IMG/VR virus record: IMGVR_UViG_3300031578_000004
Span: 1 to 64,000 of that record
Strand: one strand, 5' to 3'
Source: a virus
Length of the DNA stretch: 64,000 bases
Shown here: positions 47,201 to 56,882 of the stretch, piece after piece
Layout: every line of letters begins with the position of its first letter
How positions within the stretch are numbered: the stretch's first letter is position 1
The notes under the pieces: model-generated
Seen by the model: the letters and a program-made list of their open reading frames with translations, nothing else
What the model was told of the DNA's origin: nothing
Database searches by the model: none
Translations under genes and position numbers: made by a program

Positions 47201-47416
47201 TTATTTATCCTCCTTTAAACAATCATATATGTCCTCATTATGTATTTTCTGACACCCACAACTTTTTGTATGATTATTCTTTAAATCTGCACCACGAACA
47301 AAAACTTCTTTATCACTTCCACAATCACACTTGCATAGCCATATACTTTTGCCTAAATATTTCATTGCTGTTAAATGATTAAATTTTAATCCTGTTAAAT
47401 CAATTAATTTACCCAC
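47201..47416 (-). pseudogene. N-terminal remnant of an HNH/AP2-type homing endonuclease
   Basis: DLTG.KF..LT...WLCKCDCG...L....TKSCGC with no nuclease domain. Confidence 0.7.
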
Positions 47417-47427
47417 GTAAATCCTCC

Positions 47428-48072
47428 TTAATAAGTCTTGAAATAATCTTCCATATTTTTATGTTTAAATCTATCTTTCCAATTAGGTAAATCTTGCATC
47501 TCAGGCATATACTTTTCAAAGTGCATTACTGCAAAAGCATTCCATACAACAGCAGCCGAATGGTCTTCGTCATCCCAACCATCTATTAATTTAGTTAAAT
47601 GTCTCATACCACTATCAACACATCTTGAAATAGGCATCCCTTTTTCCCAATTTCTATCACTGTATTTATATGAGCCTAATTCTCCCCATTTTGCAAGTCT
47701 TATCAATCCTTTCGGTGATAGTAAATCATATCTACCTAGTTTATTTATTAATTCATATTTTGTTATTTTTATTGTAGATTCTGTTTCTATAATCTGAATA
47801 TAGTTTAAAATATTAGCTCCTACACCAGCTATAAAATCCTCTGTGCTATTACCACTTATATATTCAACATAGCAATAGAAAGCTTCATTTAAATAATCTT
47901 CTTTACTTTTAGTTGAATATTCTTCAATATGTTTTTCTATGTATTTTGCAGTTCTTCTTAATCCCTCTGTAGCTATTAAATCAAATCTTCCTTTACCTGT
48001 GGTAGTGTCTCTAACTGCTCCTGTACCAAATTCTTGTCTCTCTCCTGAGTCATGCATTTGACCATCAATCAT
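47428..48072 (-). CDS. dATP/dGTP diphosphohydrolase-like (DUF5664) protein
   Basis: GAVRD...KGRFDL, G..KY.DRNWEKG, S.MRHL, EDH.AAV.WN. Confidence 0.8.
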   Translation of the reverse strand: MIDGQMHDSGERQEFGTGAVRDTTTGKGRFDLIATEGLRRTAKYIEKHIEEYSTKSKEDYLNEAFYCYVEYISGNSTEDFIAGVGANILNYIQIIETESTIKITKYELINKLGRYDLLSPKGLIRLAKWGELGSYKYSDRNWEKGMPISRCVDSGMRHLTKLIDGWDDEDHSAAVVWNAFAVMHFEKYMPEMQDLPNWKDRFKHKNMEDYFKTY

Positions 48073-48089
48073 TCTGTTCTATTCCTCCT

Positions 48090-48734
48090 TTAATTTCTTT
48101 TTAATATAATAATATTTGCTTTAGTTAAACCGAAATCCATAGCCTTTTGTGAAACTTTTTCACCTGTATCTTCCATAAAGAAGTCTATCTTATTACCTTT
48201 GATTAATCTTCCTGTATCTTCGGCGTGATATATTCCTGAAAAGTTTTTATATTCTTCATTAGTAAACTGAATATAAACTTTACTACCTAATGGTATAACA
48301 CTTGGGTCAACTGCTATTACTCTTGCTGTCTTATATGTATGACCTTTTAAATCAAATCCTGTTCTAGTAATGCCATAACCCCTTGATGTTATTTTCTTTC
48401 CACAGCTTTGTACGGATAAATCATAGGCTGACACTGTAAATCCTTCTAATATTTCATATGTATTTTCTTTTACTTGAGCCTTTGGTTTAGGATTATCCAT
48501 CCACTCTCTCAACTCAACAGGTAAACCATTCCAATTCTCTAAAAACTCATTTTGTTCCTTTGTAAATATGTATATGCTTTTATTACTTTTATATTCTTCG
48601 TTCTTTGTATTTTTTAAATTATTCGCATTACCAAACAATATCACAGCTATTAAAATTATTCCTAGTAAACATTCATATAACCTGTATTTATCCACATCAT
48701 CTTGATACTTTTTCATATGTATAACCTCCGTCAA
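48090..48734 (-). CDS. Membrane-anchored 3D-domain (lytic transglycosylase-like) protein
   Basis: SAY, GITRTG, IAVDPSVIPLGS, AEDTG.LIKGNKID; N-terminal TM helix. Confidence 0.88.
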   Translation of the reverse strand: MTEVIHMKKYQDDVDKYRLYECLLGIILIAVILFGNANNLKNTKNEEYKSNKSIYIFTKEQNEFLENWNGLPVELREWMDNPKPKAQVKENTYEILEGFTVSAYDLSVQSCGKKITSRGYGITRTGFDLKGHTYKTARVIAVDPSVIPLGSKVYIQFTNEEYKNFSGIYHAEDTGRLIKGNKIDFFMEDTGEKVSQKAMDFGLTKANIIILKRN

Positions 48735-48915
48735 TTTATTATAGTACTTATTGGTGAAAAATCTAATAATTTATATCTCCCATAATTTAATTATAACACC
48801 GTTAATTTATATGTCAATACCTAGTTTTATATTTTTTGTTTTGTATTATAAATCGTAACAAATGGATTGCTATATCTCGTATAACATTAATCCAATTGCT
48901 ACTTTTTTATATGTT

Positions 48916-49476
48916 CTATTGTTTGCTTAATTGTTTTATGTAACTTATGTTATAGCAGACCAAGCTTTTTAAATTTCTTTTCTGTAAGTAGAAACCGTAT
49001 ATGTCAGAGGCATCTAATCCAATATGTATTAATCCTAAGATTCTATCAAATATATGCTGTTCTATTGGTTCAAGAAATAGCTCTTGCAAAGTCATATGGA
49101 GTGCCGAGTGACACTCATATTTAATCATTTTATCCATTACACCTAAATATTCATCTGTACTACCCCTACTATCTAATATGTATCTTCTATATTTCCTAAA
49201 TTGCTGTGCAATATTTCCATCAGCATCATAAAACTTTTCATAAAACACTTTAAGTCTTTCTGTTGTGTTACAAAGTAAGTTTGCTAACTTGATAAAATAG
49301 TAGCTGTGAAGCTCTAGGATGCCTTTAAAGACATTTTGGGGATATATATAGTTATAATAGTATAATACTTTGTTGTTTTTAAGACCTAATATCTCATCAT
49401 TTAATCCTAATTCAAATATAAACCTATTAACCTCTGCAACCATTTCTTGAGCAGATAACTTAGTGTTTTCCTTCAT
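48916..49476 (-). CDS. Hypothetical protein (186 aa)
   Basis: aaggag RBS; isolated gene divergent from the sRNA candidate. Confidence 0.6.
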   Translation of the reverse strand: MKENTKLSAQEMVAEVNRFIFELGLNDEILGLKNNKVLYYYNYIYPQNVFKGILELHSYYFIKLANLLCNTTERLKVFYEKFYDADGNIAQQFRKYRRYILDSRGSTDEYLGVMDKMIKYECHSALHMTLQELFLEPIEQHIFDRILGLIHIGLDASDIYGFYLQKRNLKSLVCYNISYIKQLSKQ

Positions 49477-49534
49477 GTTTTTCTCTCCTTTACATTATAA
49501 TTTGGTGTTGTAAATTTTTGTCGAAAACTTTTGT

Positions 49535-49645
49535 TTGTATTATAAAGAGAAAAACATTATAATGATTTGTAGGCAAAAGTCGTGAACTCGGCAAAAGACA
49601 CACGATTGCTACAGAGGCTAGAGGAAACTCTAGCTTTTTGTTTTT
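49535..49645 (+). ncRNA. Candidate about 75-nt small RNA with promoter and terminator
   Basis: TTGTAT-17-TATAAT (49535-49563); bulged hairpin gtaggcaa..tcgtg/cacga.ttgctac; terminator gctagag-gaaa-ctctagc plus T run; no ORF. Confidence 0.6.
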
Positions 49646-49695
49646 CTCAAACTTTTTTGTTAATTGTTTTTTAATTAAATATGTAGAACATTTTA

Positions 49696-49737
49696 TTTTA
49701 TATCTCTTATTTTATATCTCTTATTTTATATCTCTTA
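49696..49737. repeat. Tandem repeat, 3 x 14 bp
   Basis: (ttttatatctctta)x3. Confidence 0.9.
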
Positions 49738-49772
49738 TTTTATTACCTCAACAAGAACACTCGTGACTTCAG

Positions 49773-51011
49773 TCATGAGATGAATTGTTGACAATCTATA
49801 ATCCATGATTTTCTAGCCTGTATTCTTTCCATTTTACTAAACTTAGGAATAGGTTTTAAATTAATCTTATTTCCTTGAATATCCATTAAAATTGCATAAC
49901 CTGTAGACATTCTCCCCTTGATAAAATATTCATTACCCAAATACCTCACCTTATCAAACTTTCTAAAACCTTTAATTTTACCTGTGTTGATTCGTTGCTC
50001 ACTTCTAATGCCTTTCGTTTGCTGACAATCACCATCGGAAACACACTTTTTTAACAATATTATATTGTTTTTAAATTGAATTTCATTCCCTTGACTTGCA
50101 ATAACTACAGCATCCATGTAATGCTCTTTAGGCAAGTTCAATAATTGTCTATGTTCTTTGGTTATAAATCCAAAGGTTTCTTCCGCATTGGGTAATAACT
50201 TCAATAATTGAGTTCTTATGCTATTCATTTGAGTAGCATGTTTTAATTGCCCTTTGATTTTTCCACCTTTTAAAGTAATATTTCCTTCATGTAAATTATC
50301 ATGACAGGTTTTACATAAAGTTATCAAATTACTTTCTTCATCTGAACCTCCATTTCTTCTAAAGGTTATATGATGTACTTCAAGTTTACTATTCTTATTT
50401 TTATCTTTACAATGTTGACAGGTGTAATTATCTCTATTTAATACATATGCCTTAGTATTAGCAAATCCATAATTAATGCCTTTTTGATATAACCACTTAT
50501 TCCATAATACACTAGGATTCTTTAAAGCATGTGTATCAAATGTAGCAGTTTCTAATATTACTTTTGTAATAGGCAATATTGATTTTACAAAATTAATTTC
50601 CTTTAAATGGCTGTTTATTTTACTATTCATTGTGGGAGAAAATCTGTCCTTTTTAATTGAATTTTTTCTGTTCAACCATCTTGCTTTTCTGTATCTGGTT
50701 TTCCTATTACGTCTATTTCTGCGATATTTAGAACGTCTTGTCATCTTGTCTGAAATATCATTTCTAATTTCAACTTGCGACATATAAACAACATTACCAT
50801 TATCTTTAACTGCCGAACTACCAATTTTACTACTTCCAGTATCAATGCCTAATATAATATTTTGAGTGTAGTTTGTAGTTTGATAAAGAAGTTTAATAGT
50901 AAAGGGTATTCTTCTAATACATTTAGCTTTGCATTGTTTGAGCAGTAATCTTGCAATCGCTGATGAACAAGGCATCAATGGTGTGCCATCATAATTAATT
51001 ACATAAACCAT
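49773..51011 (-). CDS. iscB: RNA-guided endonuclease IscB (412 aa from MVYVIN)
   Basis: PLMP, RuvC-I GIDTG, Arg-rich bridge helix, RuvC-II ILETA, HNH (EVHHI...NLITLC..CH), RuvC-III HYMDA. Confidence 0.95.
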   Translation of the reverse strand: MVYVINYDGTPLMPCSSAIARLLLKQCKAKCIRRIPFTIKLLYQTTNYTQNIILGIDTGSSKIGSSAVKDNGNVVYMSQVEIRNDISDKMTRRSKYRRNRRNRKTRYRKARWLNRKNSIKKDRFSPTMNSKINSHLKEINFVKSILPITKVILETATFDTHALKNPSVLWNKWLYQKGINYGFANTKAYVLNRDNYTCQHCKDKNKNSKLEVHHITFRRNGGSDEESNLITLCKTCHDNLHEGNITLKGGKIKGQLKHATQMNSIRTQLLKLLPNAEETFGFITKEHRQLLNLPKEHYMDAVVIASQGNEIQFKNNIILLKKCVSDGDCQQTKGIRSEQRINTGKIKGFRKFDKVRYLGNEYFIKGRMSTGYAILMDIQGNKINLKPIPKFSKMERIQARKSWIIDCQQFIS

Positions 51012-51024
51012 ATAATCAACTCCT

Positions 51025-51292
51025 GATAAATTCTCTACATTACTGTAGGATGTGCGTATCTTATTACTATTACCATAATAAGAATTCGTCTTCATCTCGA
51101 CAAAGATAATTAGGCTTTTGCACTTATATCACCGAACCTTACCTTAGTTCTACTTAAATATAAGTGATAGAGCAACGGTCTGATGCGTCAACCATAGGTA
51201 TCATGACCTAACTATCGTAGTATCCGTTTCTGGGTACTGAATCTGGTGAACTTAGCATTAGATGCCTACGACTTTAGTCGTGGGTAGTTCAA
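51025..51292 (-). ncRNA. omegaRNA (HEARO-like) scaffold
   Basis: Structured region upstream of iscB starting ttgaactacccacgactaaagtcgtaggc...gttcaccag...ctacgatag; boundaries approximate. Confidence 0.8.
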
Positions 51293-51444
51293 ATCCGTAC
51301 AATGTATGTTCGTTTGCTATAATAATAACACTATTATGTTAATTAATATAGTAAAACCATATTGCATAATTCAACATAATTCGACATATTTTTCATATAC
51401 AAATGTTAGTTATATTCACAATATACTTAATTTATCAATATTAT

Positions 51445-51494
51445 AGAATGTATGTTCGTATTTATAGTATATTACTTATTGTATTTATTCGCAA
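51445..51494 (-). promoter_or_regulatory. sigmaA promoter with LexA (Cheo)-like box near the start site
   Basis: TTGCGA-17-TATACT; agaatgtatgttcg at 51445-51458; second degenerate copy at 51299-51312. Confidence 0.6.
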
Positions 51495-51741
51495 GGTATT
51501 TATGGAAATTAAGGTAATATTTTTTATATCTTTTATCAAATATTATTGACATTATGCATTAATTTGATAATTAAGCCACTTTCCTTTTATTGATTTATAA
51601 TATAATCTTTTTATGGCTTTCTTTCTAATTCGCCATGATTTAGAATGTATTGATATATTTGTTAATCTTATTTCTTGTTTTACTGTTAAATATGACATGT
51701 TTTATTCCTCCGTTGAACTGCCTTCCAAATATCGTTTTTTT

Positions 51742-53175
51742 CTAAACTTCATCTTTATCCCATATGTCTTTTCTTACAAACAAACTATCCCAATTCAAAC
51801 CAAAATCTTCAGAGTTACATTCATTTTCAAAATCACTACGAACATTATCAAAATAATCGTCCATATCACTCCAGCTATTACTATACTCAAACATATACTT
51901 ATATTGTTGACCATCTGTTGTTTCAACTAATCCTGCTACGCTATGAAAGACCCCTATACCATATTCAAATGTGCTTATTGATTTAATCTCCATTTTTGCT
52001 TCCTCCTAATATAATTGACTTTCGACAGTATCCCGATTCTATAGACATTTCTGATTGTTACAACCATTGGAAATACTATATCTCCGATTTTTGGTTTTTC
52101 ATTAATTCAGCAATCCTTTTGGTTTGTTCTTCATTCATAAGCCATAACTTTTTAGGAACTAGATTATTTTGTGAAATACTTTCAATATAATATTTTATTC
52201 CCTTGTATTCAGCCATAACGCCATATACATATCCTCCAGTTTCTTTTACAACTTTGGACTTTAGTATATTTACAATTTCTACAGGCTGTTTGGATTTAAG
52301 TGTAAAATCCTTATATTGTTCATCATCGGCACTAAAATTCAATATACCTCTCACCCGTTTACCGTTATCAACGTGTGCTATGTCTCCAATATTAAATTCT
52401 GAATTCATATATTTTCCACCTCTCAAATTTTATTACGTTCCTCTACAACCTTAAGATGTTTATTTGTCTATATTTATAGCCATGTTTTTAGGATTATACT
52501 CCATTACGCAATATGGGTAATAATCGTCTGTATTTGCAGTGCCTATCGCTAATACAAGTTTATTAGTGGTTGTGTCCCACATTTCTAATACATCATTAGT
52601 ATAGTAGGTTTCACTAGCTTTCATTTTGCAATATACTTCTACGGATGGTAAAGCATTTTTTATTATTTGTTCTGTTTCTTCTAACTCGTTCATATAACTT
52701 CTATATCCATCACCAGGATCTTCAATTGCCTTATATTTCTTATTGTCTAACCCAAATATGATAAAATTTCTATCCCCTTCACAATCTTCATATTCTATAT
52801 AGGCTTCATTTCCTTGTTCCACTCCTGTTAATAAGTGTATTCCTTGTAAATCTGATAATTGCATAATTTATACCCTTCCTTTCAATACTTTTTATTTCTC
52901 CTTATATAATACTATAGGTTACACTATAATTTTTAAGTAAACTTCATCTAATATATCATCATCACTTTTCATTTCTGACGGATTACCTTTAAATCTTACT
53001 CCTGCTTTTACCAACGCATCGAACTCATTTTCCTTCTGTAGTAAATCATAATACCTTATAGCAGGTATTTTCACCATCTTATCTATCATTACCCCTTACA
53101 CCCTCCCTTGTTCCTATCCTCTACAGTTGTTTTGGTTGAATGTGAAAAATTTTGTTTGTATTGCACTTTCCATAT
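51742..53175 (-). other. Small hypothetical genes
   Basis: ORFs 51742-51993, 52076-52426, 52460-52864 and shorter ones, behind a TTGACA promoter near 53235. Confidence 0.6.
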
Positions 53176-53309
53176 ATAGGTACCTCCTAAATTTAATCTC
53201 TTACTTATAATTATATAACACATATTTCCATTGTCAATACCTAAATCAAAATATTTTTATATTAATCATTCTATAATAGACACCGAAAATTATATCTCGA
53301 TGCCAACTC

Positions 53310-54275
53310 TTATAAATAATCCTCAATTTTCTGTTTTGTCTGATACCAATAAGTTTCTCCAGTTTCACCATATCTAAAATATTCATTTATTGCGATATAA
53401 TCTTCTTTCTCTAGTTTATCTTTTCCTAATTCTTCTTTTAATCTCTTAGCATATAAAATTACCCCACTCCACCAAAGATTAGTTATGTTTAAAAATGGTA
53501 AATCCATTAATGTAAATATATTACTCATTCTTCTACTTACAAGTTGTCTAGGTATTTTATCCTCTGTGCTTCGTTTTGTGGCTCTGAAAATGTATCCTGT
53601 GACTTTGAGTGGGAATGATTTTACACGTGCAGTTGGAGAGGGTTCTCCATTATTAACCTCATATCGTTCTTGATTAATCGCATCAGTAATCAATATAATT
53701 GTAGACTCATCTACTTCTAATGTTCTAATGACTTCATCATTTTCATTTCTTAAATCAATCTTTTTAGATATTGTGTGACAATCTTCAATTCTTAAATTTG
53801 ATAATTCTATCACTGTTAATCCTAGTGTAGTTAATTTGATTAGTAACGCATCTTGAGCATTAGCACAAAACTCTATTATGTCATCTAGGTCTGCTTGATT
53901 AGTAATGTGTTTATTGGCTTGCGCTACTTTATTAACATATTTACTATATTGACTTTCTCCACCTCTAAACATTTCAGATACCCAATTAACCTTACTCTTT
54001 ACATAGCCATTTTCCAAACACCATTGTACATATTGTTCAATTATACTTCTTCGTGTAGCAAATCCAATATCAGATTTTGACCTAAAACCTAAAAACATTC
54101 TATCAAAATCTTGAGTATTAAATTCATACATATCTTTTTCAAGTTCAAATTCTGTCTTAGCTGCACTTTGTAAAACATATTTAATATGTTCTTGTGTAGC
54201 TTCGGAATCATATGTCTTAACAAATCGTTCTTTTATTTCATTATTATATAAATCAAATGTTCTCATTTTTCTCAC
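53310..54275 (-). CDS. MrpR/YopR-like repressor (degenerate tyrosine-recombinase fold)
   Basis: YNNEIKERF...E.ELEKD..EF N-terminus, GL...ELSNL...D; lacks HxxR and LGH; directly after a YopQ-like gene. Confidence 0.75.
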   Translation of the reverse strand: MRKMRTFDLYNNEIKERFVKTYDSEATQEHIKYVLQSAAKTEFELEKDMYEFNTQDFDRMFLGFRSKSDIGFATRRSIIEQYVQWCLENGYVKSKVNWVSEMFRGGESQYSKYVNKVAQANKHITNQADLDDIIEFCANAQDALLIKLTTLGLTVIELSNLRIEDCHTISKKIDLRNENDEVIRTLEVDESTIILITDAINQERYEVNNGEPSPTARVKSFPLKVTGYIFRATKRSTEDKIPRQLVSRRMSNIFTLMDLPFLNITNLWWSGVILYAKRLKEELGKDKLEKEDYIAINEYFRYGETGETYWYQTKQKIEDYL

Positions 54276-54281
54276 TCCTTC

Positions 54282-55589
54282 CTAAACAAATTTTCTGAAA
54301 TAGTTAGCTATCTTTTTATAGTTGGTTTTTGATAATTTATGAGTATCAAATTTAAAACTATCAATCCAAATTGAGTTTTCTAAGCTAAAATCTATTTTAG
54401 ATAATATTTCGTTAAGACGAGTTCGCCAATCTGTGTTATCTTTTAATTCTTTAGACAAGGTAATATAACCAATAAAACTGTATTTATGATTCATAAAACT
54501 TTCATTCTTAGTTGTTTTGAAATCTGTAAATATATGAGCTACTTCATTTAAAAATTCTACAATCCATTCGCTTAATACTATTGCATCTCTCTTTGAATTT
54601 GTTTTTTCATTCAATTCATATTCATATTTTAAAGAATTAATAAGTGTCTCAAATGTAGTTAAAGAGTCACCATTAATAATATCTGTATTGTGTACTCCAA
54701 TCTTTCCTCTGAGGTCACTAGAAGGACTTTCATTAACTTTCTTTACTATTATAGTTTCAAGTTGAGTTGTGTCTTTAGATTGAATATAAACCTTACTTAT
54801 CTCATTATGTTCGTTTTCTTGTTTTATATATTGTATTGCTTTATCAGTATCATAATTTCTAATATAAACACCTGTAATATACTCGACATCAGAATTATCA
54901 TTGATAGCTGATAACATTCCCATTGAACGATGCATTCCATCAAGTATATCAAGTTCTCCACTATTAATAGTTAAAGTGTGATTCTTAGCATCATAAACAA
55001 ATTCGTCTGTTCCATCTTGTAATAAATTTAATGTTATATGATTTGTTTCTTGAGTACCATTTAATATATTTTCTTTGATACTTTGTACAGATTCATTGTT
55101 AATGTCAATAATCTCTACAAGTTGGTCACGAAATTTAGTTTGTTTAGTTTGTCTTTGTGTTTCTCTATTATAAGTAACTAGATTTCTTGCCCACCAATTA
55201 TTAACTATCTGACATGGTATTGCTGGAGCATCATATATATCGTCTTTTACCTTAAACACACCTTCAATAACTACAGGGAATCCACCCATTTTTATCTTTT
55301 CTCTTCTATATGAGTTTCCATCTGTTATTTCAGTTTCATTATACCAAGTTGTAGGATTAATAGTGCGTTCATCTGTATTGTCATGAAATAATTTAGTGAG
55401 TAAATATAAAGTAGGATTATCTATTGTCTCAACTGGAATATGACCATCTACTATTCTTAATACATCTCCACTGTAAAATCCTCTTTCGACAAATCCTTCA
55501 GTAACTTTACTTATTACATTTTTATTTGCGTTATACTTTTCAAATATGACCAATAACTCTTTTTCAAGCGTTTTTCTATCCTTTTTCAC
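54282..55589 (-). CDS. YopQ-like DGQHR/DndB-domain protein
   Basis: YN.ETQR, ILDGMHR, QEN. Confidence 0.7.
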   Translation of the reverse strand: MKKDRKTLEKELLVIFEKYNANKNVISKVTEGFVERGFYSGDVLRIVDGHIPVETIDNPTLYLLTKLFHDNTDERTINPTTWYNETEITDGNSYRREKIKMGGFPVVIEGVFKVKDDIYDAPAIPCQIVNNWWARNLVTYNRETQRQTKQTKFRDQLVEIIDINNESVQSIKENILNGTQETNHITLNLLQDGTDEFVYDAKNHTLTINSGELDILDGMHRSMGMLSAINDNSDVEYITGVYIRNYDTDKAIQYIKQENEHNEISKVYIQSKDTTQLETIIVKKVNESPSSDLRGKIGVHNTDIINGDSLTTFETLINSLKYEYELNEKTNSKRDAIVLSEWIVEFLNEVAHIFTDFKTTKNESFMNHKYSFIGYITLSKELKDNTDWRTRLNEILSKIDFSLENSIWIDSFKFDTHKLSKTNYKKIANYFRKFV

Positions 55590-55730
55590 TTAATTCACAC
55601 CCTTTTTATATTTATCATAATTAAATTATAGTATAATTATATCCTTCATGTCAAGCAATTATACTATTCATTATGTATTAATAGGTGTAAACTTTATATT
55701 TATTGTTGGTGCAAATGGAATTTTATAGGT

Positions 55731-56099
55731 TTAAGTTGCAATTGTTTTGTTTTTATGTACGTTTTTATTTATTTTATTGTTTAAATTATTATGTATTGAT
55801 AATTGCTCAAATAACTTATCAATTCTTCTTTCTCCACTTCTACGTCTGTCATAGATTGTTTTAGTATCATGTTTGTTTATGTATTCTATCACTTCATTTA
55901 CATTGATAAATTTGTGGTTGTGCATATGACACATGTGTTTACAAACACCTTTATTTTTATGTTTCAATCTAAAGTGTGTGTCTTCATCTGAAATTATCCA
56001 AGTATTAAGTGCTGTTTCTATGTGGATTTGGTCAGGGTATATTTTATAGTTAATGTTATATCTGTTACATAGGCTTTCGACTCTGTTGATGTCAATCAT
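55731..56099 (-). CDS. His-rich hypothetical protein
   Basis: gaggtg RBS; KHMCHMHNH. Confidence 0.6.
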   Translation of the reverse strand: MIDINRVESLCNRYNINYKIYPDQIHIETALNTWIISDEDTHFRLKHKNKGVCKHMCHMHNHKFINVNEVIEYINKHDTKTIYDRRRSGERRIDKLFEQLSIHNNLNNKINKNVHKNKTIAT

Positions 56100-56168
56100 A
56101 ATGTTTTCACCTCTGTTTCTTATTTTTTTTAATTAGTTTTATATAGTGTGTATAGAGTTAGAGGGGAC

Positions 56169-56882
56169 TTAAAACCCCTCTAGTTTGATTGGTGTTACCT
56201 TACTATTACTACAGTAGTTATTTACTGCCTGTATTCTACTTCGTAAATTAACGACAATATTTTCATCCTTTATTTTTACAATAGTTTCATCAAGTTGTTT
56301 TATTTGATTTTTTTCTATGTATATTTCACAGAGGGTTTCATAAGCATTATTAAAAAACCACTCTGCATTATTAAAAGAATCATCTTTTGTACTTATTATA
56401 TTATGTACTTCTGTTAAAAGTTCTTTTATCTTTTCATCATCTTTTTCAATCTTTGCTATATTAAAGTCCATATGAATACGTTCATCTTGCATCTTATTGT
56501 TTGTGAAATAGTCACTGCATTGTTTAAAAAACTTTATTGCTTTTTTATCTAATTTCAAAGAATAATAACAATTACCCATTACCCAATTACATTCCATATG
56601 TTCTTTAAAATCATTTGTGTAATTTTTACTTTCAGATACATAACTTAAAGCTTTTTTACATTGACCTTTTTTTCTATAACACATTGCAAGTATTAAATTG
56701 AAAAACCATAAATTATGATTGTCTTCGGGATAATCATTTTTTATCATTATTAATATTTCATCACATTTTTTTATTGCTTCGTCATATCTATCCTTATTTT
56801 TTAATGTAACAACCTCTTCTTGTTCTCTCACAAAATTATCTTTCATCGTGCAATCCTCCATTCTATAAATTTTACATTGCAT
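56169..56882 (-). CDS. TPR-repeat protein (start possibly 56846)
   Basis: LAMCYRKKGQCKKALSY and MGNCYYSLKLDKKAIKFF TPR units. Confidence 0.7.
   Translation of the reverse strand: MQCKIYRMEDCTMKDNFVREQEEVVTLKNKDRYDEAIKKCDEILIMIKNDYPEDNHNLWFFNLILAMCYRKKGQCKKALSYVSESKNYTNDFKEHMECNWVMGNCYYSLKLDKKAIKFFKQCSDYFTNNKMQDERIHMDFNIAKIEKDDEKIKELLTEVHNIISTKDDSFNNAEWFFNNAYETLCEIYIEKNQIKQLDETIVKIKDENIVVNLRSRIQAVNNYCSNSKVTPIKLEGF

Larger units (their letters stand above)
49752..51292. mobile_element. Non-autonomous IS200/IS605-family element carrying IscB and omegaRNA
   Basis: End hairpin caagaacactcgtgacttcagtcatgag preceded by CTCAA; other end cctacgactttagtcgtgggtagttcaa ending in TCAA; no tnpA. Confidence 0.88.

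Noticed and set aside
49565-49615. c-di-GMP-I riboswitch (two GGCAAA motifs)
   Set aside because: No recognisable P2 GAAA tetraloop/receptor layout and no downstream gene on that strand.
51012-51095. N-terminal 28 aa of the IscB ORF as given in the track
   Set aside because: Lies within the omegaRNA; the RBS (aggag) and PLMP domain support the start at 51011.
54282-55589. Dnd phosphorothioation system
   Set aside because: Only a DGQHR/DndB-like domain; no dndACDE; context matches SPbeta yopQ-yopR.
56100-56882. Canonical arbitrium aimR-aimP
   Set aside because: TPR protein is short, has no N-terminal HTH, and no signal-peptide ORF follows.
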